Source: an uncultured beta proteobacterium
GTDB lineage: Bacteria; Pseudomonadota; Gammaproteobacteria; Burkholderiales; SG8-41
Direction: 5' to 3'
DNA: 64,000 nt
Assembly: GCA_963808765.1 (NCBI GenBank)
Contig: CAWEHH010000037.1
Location: 86,999 to 150,998, forward strand
Both the position numbers and the translations under genes were made by a program. Below the pieces are notes generated by a model, which had not been told where the DNA came from, searched no databases, and saw only the letters and a program-made list of their open reading frames with translations. Below are positions 45,234 through 60,511 of this stretch, piece after piece (position 1 is the stretch's first letter; the number at the start of each line of letters is the position of its first letter).

Positions 45234-45358
45234 GGGGGCGGCGCTCTGCCGCGGCAAGATTCCTCCGGGCGCAAGCGCCCGAGCCGCGGCTGGGTGGACG
45301 AACAGAGGGCACCCGACCGCTCCGCTCCCATGGTTTCCCTCCGTTACCTCCTTTCCTT
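45233..45358 (+). repeat. Dispersed anti-SD repeat, copy E (starts at the dnaE2 stop)
   Basis: AGGGGGCGGCGCTCTGCCGCGGCAAGA...ACGAACAGAGGG...CCATGGTTTCCCTCCGTTACCTCCTTTCCTT. Confidence 0.88.
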
Positions 45359-45406
45359 CCCCCCCAAAGTTCTGAACTAGGGCTCGTACCGATCGGACGA
45401 GAGTTG

Positions 45407-45647
45407 CTAACGAGCGCCCGAAAGTACGTTCGCGGCGACAGCCCTGTCCAGGCGCGCCGCCACGTTCTGTCCTGGCCCTCGGACCATTGATGTGAATACT
45501 AACGTGCGCTCGAAGGCTGCGTTCGCGGGGACAGCCTGTCCCAGGCGCGCCGCTGCGTTCTGTCCTGACCCTCGGACAATTGATGTGAATACTAACGTGC
45601 GCTCGAAGGCTACGTTCGCGGCGACAGCCTGTCCCAGGCGCGCCGCT
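45407..45647 (+). repeat. Tandem repeat, ~93-bp unit, ~2.6 copies
   Basis: Units start CTAAC at 45407, 45499 and 45592. Confidence 0.92.
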
Positions 45648-45673
45648 CACCGAAATGGGGTGGTTCTGACTAA

Positions 45674-46207
45674 CTACTCGTCCGGGATGTTCTCGCCGGG
45701 AAAGAGCTCGTCGGTGAACCCGAAGTCGCGCATGTCGCGGATGCGCATCGGGTAGAGGATGCCCATGAGGTGATCGACCTCGTGCTGCACGACACGCGCA
45801 TGGAAGTCCTTCACCGTGCGATCGATCGGCACGCCTTGCTGATCGAAGCCGCGGTAGCGCAGGTGCTTGTAGCGCGGCACGAGCCCGCGCATGCCGGGCA
45901 CGGAGAGGCAGCCCTCCCAGCCCTCCTCCATCTCTTCGCCGAGCGGTGTGAGCGCGGGATTCAGCAGGACCGTCTGCGGCACGGGCTCGGCGTCGGGATA
46001 GCGCGGATTGGATTCGAGCCCGAAGATCACGACCTGAAGATCGACCCCGATCTGCGGCGCCGCGAGCCCTGCTCCATTCAGCGCGCGCATCGTGTCGTGC
46101 ATGTCGGAAATCAGCGCGTGCAGCTCCGGCGTATCGAACGCTTCAACGCGGCGCGAGACACGCAGGAGCCGCGGGTCGCCCATGCGCAATACCGGTCTAA
46201 CGGCCAT
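45674..46207 (-). CDS. def: Peptide deformylase
   Basis: [21 protein letters not shown]. Confidence 0.96.
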   Translation of the reverse strand: MAVRPVLRMGDPRLLRVSRRVEAFDTPELHALISDMHDTMRALNGAGLAAPQIGVDLQVVIFGLESNPRYPDAEPVPQTVLLNPALTPLGEEMEEGWEGCLSVPGMRGLVPRYKHLRYRGFDQQGVPIDRTVKDFHARVVQHEVDHLMGILYPMRIRDMRDFGFTDELFPGENIPDE

Positions 46208-46943
46208 CGAGCGTCACCAGATGATCCACGATGTTGTACACCCGCACGAGTGCATTGCGCGAGACCGTGTTGATGTCCGAGAGCCGGATGCCGGTGGCGC
46301 TGTCGCCGCGCCCCGCGGCATGATTCACCACGAAGGCCAACGCGGCATAGCAGAGCCCCAACTCGCGTGCGAGCGCCGCTTCCGGCATTCCGGTCATGCC
46401 CACCATGTCGGCGCCGTCGCGCTCGAGGCGGTTGATTTCGGCCGCCGTCTCGAGTCTCGGACCTTGTGTCGTCGCGTACGTTCCGCCTTCCACGATCGGC
46501 TCGCCCGCCTCGCGCGCGGCCTCGAGCAATCGCCGGCGCAGCGGCTCGCAATAAGGATGCGTGAAATCGATATGCACGACGCTGCGATCCATCCCCGTGA
46601 AGTAGGTGAACTCGCGGCCATGCGTGTAGTCGAGGATCTGATCGGGGACCGCGAGCGTGCCGGGCGTCAGATCGGCGTGGATGCCGCCCACGGAAGCAAC
46701 CGATACGACGTAACTCACCTTCTGCTGCGCGATCGCCCAGATGTTCGCCCGGTAGTTCACGCGATGCGGCGGTATCGTATGTCCGTAGCCATGCCGCGCG
46801 AGAAAGGCGACCGGCTGCCCGCGTATCGTGCCGAGCGTGAGCGCCCCCGACGGATCGCCGTAAGGCGTGCGCACGATTTCGCGCCGGCCGATCTCCAGAT
46901 TGGGCAACTGGGAGAGGCCGGTGCCGCCGATGATGGCTAACAT
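46197..46943 (-). CDS. mtnP: S-methyl-5'-thioinosine/thioadenosine phosphorylase
   Basis: [33 protein letters not shown]. Confidence 0.88.
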   Translation of the reverse strand: MLAIIGGTGLSQLPNLEIGRREIVRTPYGDPSGALTLGTIRGQPVAFLARHGYGHTIPPHRVNYRANIWAIAQQKVSYVVSVASVGGIHADLTPGTLAVPDQILDYTHGREFTYFTGMDRSVVHIDFTHPYCEPLRRRLLEAAREAGEPIVEGGTYATTQGPRLETAAEINRLERDGADMVGMTGMPEAALARELGLCYAALAFVVNHAAGRGDSATGIRLSDINTVSRNALVRVYNIVDHLVTLDGR

Positions 46944-47530
46944 GCCTCGCTCAAGGCATACACCGCCGGCAGATTCCGCCACCAGCCGTAGACGTCCATC
47001 CCGAAGCCGAAGACGTACCGGTTCGGTACCGTGATGCCGACGAAATCGGCGCGCACCGGCTTCGGCTTGCCGGTGTCCTTCTCCGCGAAGACCGCGCTGA
47101 CGAACCGCTTCGCGCCCGCCTCGAGAAGCTTCTCCCGTATCGCGGCGAGCGTGTGGCCCTGGTCCAGGATGTCGTCGAGAACGAGCACGACGCGCCCCGC
47201 GACTTCGGTGCCCGGACTGACTCTCCACGTGATCTCTCCGCCCACCGTCGCGGGACCGTAGCGCGTCACGTCGAGATAATCGAAATGCAGGGGGAAATGC
47301 AATTGCGGCAGGAGCTGTCCGGCGAAAAGTACGCTGCCGCGCATGACGGCGAGCACGAGCGGATCGACCTTGCCGAGTGCGGCCGTCACCTCCCGTGCGA
47401 TGCGCGCCACCTCCGCGACGGCGCATTGCGCGGAACAGACTTCGTCTGCCGTTCGCAGGATCTGCATCGCCTGTTCGGGCGTCGGACGCAACGCGTGCGG
47501 ATCGGCGGAACTCGGCGGCAGAGGCGTCAC
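46937..47530 (-). CDS. hpt: Hypoxanthine-guanine phosphoribosyltransferase (start uncertain)
   Basis: VLVLDDILDQGHT PRPP motif, YVFGFGMD, WRNLP. Confidence 0.9.
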   Translation of the reverse strand: MTPLPPSSADPHALRPTPEQAMQILRTADEVCSAQCAVAEVARIAREVTAALGKVDPLVLAVMRGSVLFAGQLLPQLHFPLHFDYLDVTRYGPATVGGEITWRVSPGTEVAGRVVLVLDDILDQGHTLAAIREKLLEAGAKRFVSAVFAEKDTGKPKPVRADFVGITVPNRYVFGFGMDVYGWWRNLPAVYALSEAC

Positions 47531-47547
47531 ACCCGGCTCTGAGGCGC

Positions 47548-48429
47548 TTACTCGAACACCGTGCAGCCCATCGACTTCAGATAGCCGCGGAACTCCGCGC
47601 CGATCTCGGGATGCTTCACCGCGAAAGCGAGATTCGCCTTGAGATAATCGAGCTTGCTGCCGCAATCGTAGCGCACGCCTTCGAATTCGTAAGCGAACAC
47701 GTCTTCGTCGCCCATGAGCGATGCGATGGCGTCCGTCAACTGGATCTCGCCGCCCGCCCCCGGCGTCTGGTTCAGGAGATGATGGAAGATGCGCGGAGTC
47801 AGGATATAGCGGCCGACGACACCGAGCGTCGAGGGCGCCTTGTCCGGTTCGGGTTTCTCCACGATGCCGCCCATCCGGTGCAATGACTTCGACTGGTCGT
47901 CGATGCGCACGATGCCGTAGCGCCGCGTCTCTTCGCGCGTCACGTTCTGCACAGCCACGATGGAGCGGCCGCAGCGGCCGTAAATGGCGGACATCTGCGC
48001 GAGAACCGGCGTCTTCGCGTCGATCAGGTCGTCCGCGAGCACGACCGCAAAGGGATGTTCGCCGACCACGGGCAGCGCGCACAACACCGCGTGGCCGAGC
48101 CCGAGCGCCTGCGGCTGGCGCACGTAGACGCATGAGACGTTCTTCGGGATGATATCCTGCACCGTCCCCAGAAGATCGCTCCTGCCGCGCTGGCTCAACT
48201 CCGCCTCGAGCTCCGCCGCCTTGTCGAAGTGGTCTTCGATGCCGCGCTTGCCGCGACCGGTGATGAAGATCATCTCCGTCATGCCCGCGTTCACCGCCTC
48301 CTCCACCGCGTACTGAATGAGCGGCTTGTCGACGACCGGCATCATCTCTTTCGCACTTGCTTTGGTCGCGGGCAGAAAGCGGGTGCCCATGCCGGCGACG
48401 GGGAAAACGGCTTTCGTTACTTTGTTCAT
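47548..48429 (-). CDS. galU: UTP-glucose-1-phosphate uridylyltransferase
   Basis: PVAGMGTRFLPATKA, GLGHAV, VEKP, GEIQLTDA. Confidence 0.97.
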   Translation of the reverse strand: MNKVTKAVFPVAGMGTRFLPATKASAKEMMPVVDKPLIQYAVEEAVNAGMTEMIFITGRGKRGIEDHFDKAAELEAELSQRGRSDLLGTVQDIIPKNVSCVYVRQPQALGLGHAVLCALPVVGEHPFAVVLADDLIDAKTPVLAQMSAIYGRCGRSIVAVQNVTREETRRYGIVRIDDQSKSLHRMGGIVEKPEPDKAPSTLGVVGRYILTPRIFHHLLNQTPGAGGEIQLTDAIASLMGDEDVFAYEFEGVRYDCGSKLDYLKANLAFAVKHPEIGAEFRGYLKSMGCTVFE

Positions 48430-48442
48430 GAGGACCTGACGG

Positions 48443-51645
<3,203 letters not shown>

Positions 51646-51659
51646 GCGAGCGCTGCCCC

Positions 51660-54600
51660 CTACGCGGCTGCCTCTTCCGTGAGCTTCATCGCTTCCTCGA
51701 TGTCGACCGCGACGACGCGCGAGACCCCCGGCTCCTGCATGGTGATGCCGAGAAGCTGGTTCGCGATCTCCATCGTGATCTTGTTGTGACTGATGAAGAG
51801 GAACTGCGAGTGTTCGGACATCCTGCGCACGAGATCGCAGAAGCGCCCGGTGTTGTGATCGTCGAGCGGCGCGTCGACCTCGTCGAGCAGGCAGAACGGC
51901 GCGGGGTTCAACTGAAACATCGAGAACACGAGCGAGAGCGCGGTGAGCGCCTTTTCACCGCCGGAGAGCAGATGGATGCTCGTGTTCTTCTTGCCCGGCG
52001 GCTGCGCGATCACCTGAACGCCGCTGTCGAGGATTTCCTCTCCGGTCAGCACGAGCTTCGCGGTTCCTCCACCGAAGAGCGCCGGAAACATCTTCCCGAA
52101 ATGCGCGTTGACTTCGTCGAACGTCGTCTGCAGCCGCTCGCGCGTCTCGCGATCGATGCGGCGGATCGCATCCTCGAGCGTCGTCATCGCCTCGCGCAGA
52201 TCCTGCGACTGCGCGTCGAGATAACTCTTGCGCTCCTGCGCGGCCTGCAGTTCCTCCAGGGCAGCGAGGTTCACCGCCCCGAGCACCCGGATCTCTTCAT
52301 TCAGACGCGCGATCTCCGCCTGCATGGCGCCCGAGCGCGTGCCCTTCGCGAGCATCGCCTGCAACGCGACTTCGTCCGCGCCGGATTCGGTGAGCTGCTG
52401 CGCGAACTGCTCTTCGGTGAGCCGCGCCTCCTGCTCTTTCAGGCGCACTTCGCCCACGCGCTCGCGCAACGGGCCGAGTTGCTGCTCGACCGAGAAGCGT
52501 TCCTGCTCGACGTCCTTCAATTGCGTCTCGGTCGCAGCCAGTGCGTCGCGCGCGGCGGCAAGCGCCTGTTCACGTTGGCCGCGCAAGCCCAGCGCTTCCT
52601 GAAGCTGCGCCTGCCACGGCGCTTCGTCGCATTGGGCGAGCGCTTCTTCTTCCGCCGTCAGCGTCGCGGCGAGCGCTGCACGCTGCTCGGTGAGCGTGCG
52701 GATGCTCTCCTCGACGTCGCGAACTTTCTCTTCGGCGCTGCGCGCCTGATACACGGCCTCCTGATGCGCATGGCGCGCCTGGTCGAGCGCTTCGCGCTGC
52801 TTGCGCAGCACGGCGTCGGCGCGGCCGTAGAGCTCGGTTGCCGCGTCGAGCTCCGCGCGCGTGTTTGCGGCTTCGCGCTCGAGCCGCTCGCGGTTCGCGT
52901 CCGCGGCCGCCCGATGCCCGGACTCGATCCTCTTCTGCTCCTCGATCTCGACCAACCCGGACGCGATCTGCCCGGCCCGCTGCTTCACCCTTTGCGCCTG
53001 CTCCGAGAACCGCAGCGCCTCCATCTGGAGCGCATGATGCCGCTGCTGCGCATCGGCAACGGTCTGGCGCAGTGCCGTGAGCGCGGTTCTGTGCGACTCG
53101 ATCGCGCGCTCCGCGTCCGTCACATGCGCCTGCTCGGCGGCGAGCGCCTCACGCTTGAGCGCGGCGTGCTTTTCCAGCGACTCGATCTCACGCTGGCGCG
53201 ACAGCACGCCATGCAGCTCGGAATCCGGTGCATGCAGGCTGACACTGTGCCGCGTGTAGAGATGGCCCTCGCGTGTGACGAGCATCGCCCCGGCAGGCAA
53301 CCTCCCGCGCAACGCGAGCCCCGACCTCGCGTCCGACACCACGAATACCTGATGCAGCCAGTCCTGCAGCACGGGCTGCAGCCGCGTGTCGCGACACGTG
53401 ACCAGGCGCTGCAGCGGTTCCATGCCTTCCGGCGGGAACGCGCCCGGCACCGGCGCCGGCGTGCTCATCTCGATGAGCGTCAGCTTGCCGGGCGGCGCAT
53501 CCACGGACCATTCGCCGGCGCGATCGACGTCTTCGAGGACCAGCGCGTTCAGCCGTTCACGCAGAACGGATTCGAGCGCGTCTTCCCATCCGGGTTCGAT
53601 CGAGATTCCCTGCCACAGACGCGAAGCCGACCCGAGTTCTCGCGCCGCGAGCCAGTCCTTCAACTCCGCCCCGCGCGCGATGCGTTCCTGAAGCTGCGTC
53701 AGAGCGCCGATACGCGCCGTGAGCTCCGTCACCTGCTGGTTGACCGTGTCGCAGCGTTCAAGCTGTTCGCGGAGGTTTTGCTCGAGCTGCGGCAGGGCAG
53801 CTTCGTCGCGCGCCAGGTTCTCGCGCGCCTCGCCCAACGTCTGGTCCAGCGTGCGTGCGTCGGTTTCCACGCGCTCGAGCGCCGCTTCGTCCGGCACGGC
53901 GAGGCCGGCCTCTTCTTCGCGCAGCCGCTCTTCCCGCTGGCCGAGCTGCTCCAGCACCCGTGCCGCATGGCCGAGCTTCGTCTGCTCCACCTGCAACGCC
54001 TGCTCGGCTTGCGCCAGCGCATGTTGCAGTTCGTGCCGCCGGTTGTTGCTCGCACGGAACGCCTCTTCGACGACCGGCAGCTTGTCGCTCTCCTGCGCAA
54101 GGGCGGTTTCCGTGACGACGAGCGCTTCGCGCGCAGTGCCCATCTCGGCGCGCCAGCGCTCGAGGTTGCCTTCAGCCGCGCGCAACTGGCCTTCCGTATT
54201 CGAAGCCTGCGTCTGCAGGTTCGCGATCTGGTGCTCGATGCGTTCGCGGTTCTCCCGCACGTGCGCGATCTGCTGCTCGATCCGCGCGACTTCGGCATTG
54301 GATTCGTAAAGCGCGCCCTGCGCGGCATGCATGGCGTCGCCTGAACGATAGTGCGCCTCGCGCAAAGCCTCCAGGCGCTTCTCGGCTTCCCGCAGCTTCG
54401 CCGTTTCGGATTCGAGCTCCACGGTGATGCGCTCGATCTCCCGCGCGTGCCGGTTGCGGGCCGAGGTGGCCTCGTTGCGCTTCGTGAGCCACAAAAGGCC
54501 CTGCGTCGTGTTCAATTCGCGCTGAAGCTCGTGGTAACGGCTCGCGATCTCGGCCTGGCTCTGCAGGTGCTCGAGCTGCTGTTCCAGCTCCTGCCGGATG

Positions 54601-55188
54601 TCGTCCACGCGCTGGAGGTTCTCACGCGTGTCCTTCAACCTCAGCTCGGTCTCGCGCCGCCGCTCGCGGTACTTGGACACGCCCGCGGCCTCTTCGAGAA
54701 ATATTCGCAGCTCCTCCGGCTTCGCCTCGATCACGCGGGAGATCATTCCCTGCTCGATGATCGCGTAGGCGCGCGCACCGAGTCCCGTACCGAGGAAGAT
54801 GTCGGCGATGTCGCGGCGCCGGACGTGGATGTTGTTGATGTAGTACGACGAGTCGCCGTCGCGCTGGAGCACGCGGCGGATCGAGATCTCGGCGTACTCG
54901 CGACCATTGTCCCGCGGCTCTTCCGAGGCTGTTGTCGAAGACGAGCTCGACGCTCGCGCGGTTCACCGGTTTGCGCTGACCGGAGCCGTTGAAGAGCACG
55001 TCCTGCATGGTTTCCCCCCGCAGGTGCTTCGCGGAGGTTTCACCGAGCACCCAGCGCACGGCGTCGATGACGTTCGACTTGCCGCAGCCGTTCGGCCCTA
55101 CGATGCCGACGAGCTGGCCAGGTGTGGGAATACGTGTGGGATCGACGAAAGACTTGAAGCCGGCGAGGTTGATCTGCGTGAGGCGCAC
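51660..55188 (-). CDS. smc: Chromosome segregation protein SMC (frameshift near 54900)
   Basis: [14 protein letters not shown], coiled coils, [15 protein letters not shown]. Confidence 0.96.
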
Positions 55189-55282
55189 TCTGATCCGCTG
55201 CCCTTTATAATTGCTTCGACTGGGTCAGCGCGCCATTTTAATCCGATTTCCCCGCCTGCATAGCCGCTTTCGCCAGAACCCG

Positions 55283-55699
55283 ATGCCGAGCAAGCCTTCG
55301 AGAGCGTTCGAAACTTTTCCGAATCCGACGCCGCGCCGCGACTACCGGATCCACATGGAGATTCCGGAGTTCACGTGCCTGTGTCCGAAGACGGGCCAGC
55401 CCGATTTCGCAACGCTCGTTCTCGATTACGTGCCGGACAAGCTGTGCGTGGAGTTGAAGAGTCTGAAGCTCTACATATGGTCGTATCGCAACGAAGGCGC
55501 GTTTCATGAAGCGGTGACGAACCGGATCCTCGACGATCTCGTCGCGGCATTGAGCCCGCGCTTCATGCGGCTCACCGCGCGGTTCTACGTGCGCGGCGGC
55601 ATTTTCACGACCGTCGTGGCCGAGCATGCGAAGTCCGGCTGGAAATCGGCGTCCTTGCCGGATCTGGAGGACGTGCCCGCAAGCCGCAGCACCCGCTAG
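55283..55699 (+). CDS. queF: preQ0 reductase QueF (short type I)
   Basis: [31 protein letters not shown]. Confidence 0.95.
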   Translation: MPSKPSRAFETFPNPTPRRDYRIHMEIPEFTCLCPKTGQPDFATLVLDYVPDKLCVELKSLKLYIWSYRNEGAFHEAVTNRILDDLVAALSPRFMRLTARFYVRGGIFTTVVAEHAKSGWKSASLPDLEDVPASRSTR

Positions 55700-55728
55700 T
55701 GTTGCGTGTCGGAAGTGCATTCCACAAA

Positions 55729-55847
55729 CGTCATCCCGGCGCGAGGCCGGGATCCAGGCAAAAAGCGTTGCCCCCATCCTACCTTCCCCCGAGGCGGGGG
55801 AAGGCGGATACCGGATCACGCGCGCGAGCGCGCTGTCCGGAATGACG
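55729..55847. repeat. REP-like inverted doublet with internal hairpin
   Basis: CGTCATCCCGGCGCGAGGCCGGGATCCAG...CCTTCCCCCGAGGCGGGGGAAGG...CCGGAATGACG; related to 41957..42044. Confidence 0.7.
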
Positions 55848-55969
55848 ACTGCTGTAATGCCGCGAACTTGCGAAGCATGACACCGCGAGTGCACGGGCAA
55901 ATGCTTCTATAATCTGCCTTTTCGGCTCGCGGAGGTGCGTGAGCTAACCGAAGAGCGAGCGCCGTCCCC

Positions 55970-57163
55970 TTGAATCCCCGTCTCGAGCGGCTGCAAACGT
56001 ACCCTTTCCAGAAGCTCAGCGGGCTTCTCGAAGGTGCCAAACCGGCGGCCGGGCTGAACCTGATCAACCTCTACATCGGGGAGCCCAAGCACCCGACGCC
56101 GGCGTTCATCAAGGAAGCGCTGATTGCGAATCTCGATGGGCTCGCCGTCTATCCACCGACGCTCGGTGGCGATGCGCTGCGCAATGCGATCGCCGATTGG
56201 ATCAGGAAACGTTACGGCATCAAGGCGATCGACCCGAACCGGCAGGTGATCCCCGTCACCGGCACACGCGAAGCGCTGTTCGCGATCGCGCAAGCCGTGG
56301 TGGACAACACGAAGCCCGATCCGATCGTCGTATGTCCCAACCCGTTCTATCAGATCTACGAAGGGGCCGCGATTCTCGCCGGTGCGCACGCCGTGTATCT
56401 GAACAGCCTGCCCTCGCGCAACTACGCCTTCGACTGGGAGGAGCTTTCCGCGGACGAGTGGCGGCGCACGCAGTTGATCTACGTGTGCTCGCCGGCAAAT
56501 CCCACCGGCCACCTGATGCCGCTCTCGGACTGGAAGGCGCTCTTCGCCCTCTCGGACAAGTACGGCTTCATCATCGCGTCCGACGAGTGCTACTCCGAGA
56601 TTCATTTCGACGAAGCGCATCCGCCGCTGGGCGCGCTCGAAGCCGCGCAGCAGCTCGGCCGGGAAGGTTTCCCTCGCCTGATCGTGTTCTCGAGCCTGTC
56701 GAAGCGTTCCAGCGTGCCGGGCATGCGCTCGGGATTCGTCGCGGGCGACGCGAACGTCATCCAGAAGTACTACCTGTACCGCACGTATCACGGCTGCGTC
56801 ATGAGCCCGCCGGTGCAGGCGGCCAGCATCGCGGCATGGAAAGACGAAGCGCACGTGGTCGAGAACCGGCGCCTCTATCGGGAAAAGTTCGATACCGCGC
56901 TGCGCGTTCTCCGCCCGCACGTCGAAGTGGAAACGCCGGACGCCGCGTTCTACCTGTGGGTGCACACGCCCATCCCCGATCCCGAATTCACGCGCCGGCT
57001 CTACGAGACGCAGGCCGTCTCGGTCCTGCCGGGCAGCTATCTTGCGCGCGAGTCCCGGGGCGTCAATCCGGGCACCGATCGGGTCCGCATCGCACTCGTG
57101 AGCTCGACCGAGGAATGCGCGGAGTCCGCGCGGCGCATCCGGGATTTCTTTCTCGGGCTTTGA
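55970..57163 (+). CDS. dapC: Succinyldiaminopimelate transaminase
   Basis: [36 protein letters not shown]. Confidence 0.93.
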   Translation: MNPRLERLQTYPFQKLSGLLEGAKPAAGLNLINLYIGEPKHPTPAFIKEALIANLDGLAVYPPTLGGDALRNAIADWIRKRYGIKAIDPNRQVIPVTGTREALFAIAQAVVDNTKPDPIVVCPNPFYQIYEGAAILAGAHAVYLNSLPSRNYAFDWEELSADEWRRTQLIYVCSPANPTGHLMPLSDWKALFALSDKYGFIIASDECYSEIHFDEAHPPLGALEAAQQLGREGFPRLIVFSSLSKRSSVPGMRSGFVAGDANVIQKYYLYRTYHGCVMSPPVQAASIAAWKDEAHVVENRRLYREKFDTALRVLRPHVEVETPDAAFYLWVHTPIPDPEFTRRLYETQAVSVLPGSYLARESRGVNPGTDRVRIALVSSTEECAESARRIRDFFLGL

Positions 57164-57285
57164 TCATGTGGAACGCGAGCGGCCACTGCCGCGCGGCGCA
57201 ATGCGACGCAGGCATCCGGCGGGAAACGACGGGCCGCGCTTCGGCGCGGTCCTCAGGAGCGGATAACGAGGTACGAGGTAACGAG

Positions 57286-58110
57286 ATGACGGACGAGCTG
57301 CGCAAGACCATCGATGCCGCGTGGGAGAATCGCGCGTCGCTTTCGCCCGAGACGGCGGGGACCGAACTGCGCGAAGCGGTGCTCGAGACGATCGAGCTCC
57401 TCGACGGGGGCAAGCTCCGCGTGGCCGAAAAGATCGGTGGCGAATGGGTCACGCACCAATGGGCGAAGAAGGCCGTGCTGCTCTCGTTCCGCCTCGAAGA
57501 CAACGAAGTGATCGAGGACGGCTATACCCACTATTACGACAAGGTGCCCTCGAAATTCGCGGGCTATGACCGCGCGACGTTCCAGGAATGCGGCTTTCGG
57601 GTCGTTCCGCCCGCGGCGGTGCGCTATGGCGCCTACATCGCGAAGAACGTCGTGCTCATGCCCTCGTTCGTGAACATCGGCGGCTACGTCGATGAAGGCA
57701 CGATGGTGGACACCTGGGCGACCGTCGGCTCGTGCGCGCAGATCGGGCGCAACGTGCATCTGTCGGGCGGCGTGGGCATCGGCGGGGTGCTGGAGCCGCT
57801 CCAGGCGAATCCGACCATCATCGAAGACAACTGTTTCGTCGGCGCGCGCTCCGAGATCGTGGAAGGGGTGATCGTCGAGGAAGGTTGCGTGATCTCCATG
57901 GGTGTCTTCATCGGCGCGAGCACGAAGATCTACCGGCGCGATACGGGTGAGGTGCTCTACGGACGGGTGCCGGCCGGTTCCGTGGTGGTGCCGGGCTCAC
58001 TGCCTTCTGCCGATGGGCGCTACAGCCTCTATTGCGCGGTCATCGTGAAGCAGGTGGACGCTCAGACGCGGGCGAAGACCAGCATCAACGAGCTGCTGCG
58101 CAGCGATTGA
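57286..58110 (+). CDS. dapD: Tetrahydrodipicolinate N-succinyltransferase
   Basis: [40 protein letters not shown]. Confidence 0.97.
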   Translation: MTDELRKTIDAAWENRASLSPETAGTELREAVLETIELLDGGKLRVAEKIGGEWVTHQWAKKAVLLSFRLEDNEVIEDGYTHYYDKVPSKFAGYDRATFQECGFRVVPPAAVRYGAYIAKNVVLMPSFVNIGGYVDEGTMVDTWATVGSCAQIGRNVHLSGGVGIGGVLEPLQANPTIIEDNCFVGARSEIVEGVIVEEGCVISMGVFIGASTKIYRRDTGEVLYGRVPAGSVVVPGSLPSADGRYSLYCAVIVKQVDAQTRAKTSINELLRSD

Positions 58111-58120
58111 TGAGCGGGCC

Positions 58121-58189
58121 TTGCTAACCGTGCGGCGCTCATCCCCTCCCCGAGCGCTCCGCTTCCCCGAGGCCCCTCCGACCCCTTCC
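58121..58189 (+). repeat. Degenerate relative of the dispersed anti-SD repeat (copy F)
   Basis: GCGGCGCTC...CCCGAGCGCTCCGCTTCCCC...CCCTCCGACCCCTTCC aligns with copy E (CCCGACCGCTCCGCTCCCA...CCCTCCGTTACCTCC). Confidence 0.5.
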
Positions 58190-58257
58190 GCGCGAATCTT
58201 GGGACAATAGCGGCGTTTTTCGCCAAGCCGCGCGCGAAGCACACCCGGGACATCCCC

Positions 58258-59443
58258 ATGTTCGTGAAAACACTCTTCAAGCTGATGGCCGACGCGGAGG
58301 CATCCGATCTCTTTTTCACGGCAGGCGCGCCCGTCCAGATCAAGATCCGGGGCGAGCTCGTGGCCGTCGACCAGAAAGTCCTCGACGCGTCCATGCTCAA
58401 GCGCATCGCCTACGAGGCCATGACCGAAGAGCAGATCGCGACCTTCGAACGCGATCTCGAGATCAACTTCTCGCTCGTCGAGAAGGGCATCGGCAGCTTC
58501 CGCGTGAACGTCTTCAAGCAGCGCGGCGCCTGCGCGCTGGTCATTCGCCACATCAAGGTCGCGATTCCGACGGTCGAAGAGCTTCGCCTGCCGCTCATGC
58601 TGAAAGACCTCGCGCTGGAAAAGCGCGGGTTGATCCTGGTGGTCGGCGCCACCGGTTCGGGCAAGTCGAGCACGCTCGCCGCGATGATCAATCACCGCAA
58701 CCAGGCCACCTCCGGACACATCCTCACGATCGAAGATCCGATCGAGTTCATGTACAAGCACGCGAGGAGCATCGTCAACCAGCGCGAAGTGGGCATCGAC
58801 ACGCTCTCGTACCGCAACGCGCTCGTGAGTGCGATGCGCGAAGCGCCCGACGTCATCCTGATCGGCGAGTGCCGCGACCGCGAGACGTTCCAGGCGGCGC
58901 TCCAGTACGCGCAGACGGGCCACCTCTGCCTTTCGACACTGCATTCGAGCAACAGCTACTACGCGCTTACGCGCGTGATCAATCTGTTTCCGCACGAAGC
59001 GCGCGACTCGCTGCTCATGGATCTGTCGGTGAGCCTGAAAGCGGTCATTTCGCAGCGTCTCCTGCACGACGTGGGCGGCGATATCGTGCCGGCAGTCGAG
59101 TTGATGCTGAACACGAGCCACATCCAGGATCTCATCCGCAAGGGCGAGATCGACCAGATCAAGGACGCGATGGAACAAAGCCTCGCCCCGGGCTCGCAGA
59201 CCTTCGAGCAGGCGCTCTTCAAGCTCTACAGCGACGGACGCATCTCGCTCGACGAGGCGATGACCAACGCGGATTCGCCCACCAACCTGCACTGGCTCAT
59301 CAACAACGCGTCGAAGTCCGGGATGGCCATGTCCACACCGGCTGCGAAACCCGCGGCCGCGCCCACACCCGTGCCGGCCGCCGCCTCGACGTGCCCAGGA
59401 CGATCTTTCGAGCATCAAACTCAATCTGGACGCGCTCAGGTAG
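58258..59443 (+). CDS. pilU: PilT/PilU-family type IV pilus ATPase (frameshift near 59392; corrected end ...DLSSIKLNLDALR*)
   Basis: ASDLF, GATGSGKSSTLA, TIEDPIE, QREVG, TGHL, QTFEQAL. Confidence 0.9.
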
Positions 59444-59464
59444 GGGCGGCAGCGGAAGATCGCG

Positions 59465-60511
59465 GTGAGGCCCCACCGCGGCGGCGAGACTCTGACCGAT
59501 CCGAGACTGCGGGCGGTCTTGCGCGATGCCGTGCGCCGGTTCGAAGCCGCGCACCTCTCTTACGGCCACGGAACGACCAACGCGCGCGACGAAGCGGCGT
59601 GGCTCGTTCTGCACGCATTGAGCCTGCCGCTCGATGCGCTCGCGCCGCATCTCGATCGACCGATCGCCGCGAACGAAAGGCAGCGGATCGAAGCGCTCGT
59701 CGCGGCGCGCATCCGGACGCGCAAGCCGGCCGCCTATCTCACGGGAGAGGCGTGGCTGGGAGAGCATCGCTTCAGGATCGACGAGCGTGCGCTCGTCCCA
59801 CGCTCTTACATCGCCGAGCTTCTGCGCGACGATCTGCGTCCCGTGGATCCCGCCGGGCCGGCCCGTGCGCCGTGCCCTCGATCTATGCGCGGGCTGCGGC
59901 TGTCTCGCGATCCTGACAGCGCTGTCCTTCCCGAACGCGCACGTCGACGCCGCCGACATCTCCGCGGGCGCGCTCGAACTGGCCCGCCTCAATATCGTCG
60001 GACTATGGCCTGGCGCGCCGGGTGAGGCCCATCGTGTCGGACCTTTTTTCCGCGCTCGGCCGCCGTCGCTACGAATTGATCGTGTCGAACCCGCCTTACG
60101 TGCGTGATGCCGTGATGGAAAGGCTGCCTGCGGAATACCGGCGTGAGCCGCGCATCGCGCTTGTCGGAGGCGTCGACGGTCTCGACCTCGTGAGGCGCAT
60201 CGTCCAGGAAGCGCCGCGCCATCTGGGCGCGGGCGGGCTGCTCGTCGTCGAAGTCGGGACACAACCGCCGGCGCGTCGAGCGCGCGTTCCCGCGTCTTCC
60301 GCTCGTGTGGCCCGAGACGAGCGGCGGCGACGACTGCGTCTTTCTGATTACGCGAGAGGCGCTTCTCGGGGACTCGCCGGCTGCGCGTCGTCAAGCCAGG
60401 CGAGCAGCCGTTTCACCTCGGCCGCGGGCAGCGAAGTCACCTGCCCGCGCTTCAGGCGCGGCGGCAGCGCGACCACGCCGAAACGCACGCGGATCAGCCG
60501 GCTCACCGTGA
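59465..60511 (+). CDS. prmB: Ribosomal protein L3 glutamine methyltransferase (multiple frameshifts; 3' end uncertain)
   Basis: YGHGTTNARDEA, PAAYL, VPRSYIAEL, LDLCAGCG, SNPPYV, LVVEVG in successive frames. Confidence 0.88.

Noticed and set aside
45407-45647. CRISPR array or integron attC array
   Set aside because: No unique spacers or cas genes; ends (TACTAAC/GTTCTGT) do not fit RYYYAAC/GTTRRRY, the dyad is weak and there is no intI
55189-55282. preQ1 riboswitch upstream of queF (and a Moco riboswitch upstream of sorT at 3947-4088)
   Set aside because: No recognisable consensus by eye; an Infernal search would be needed to exclude them
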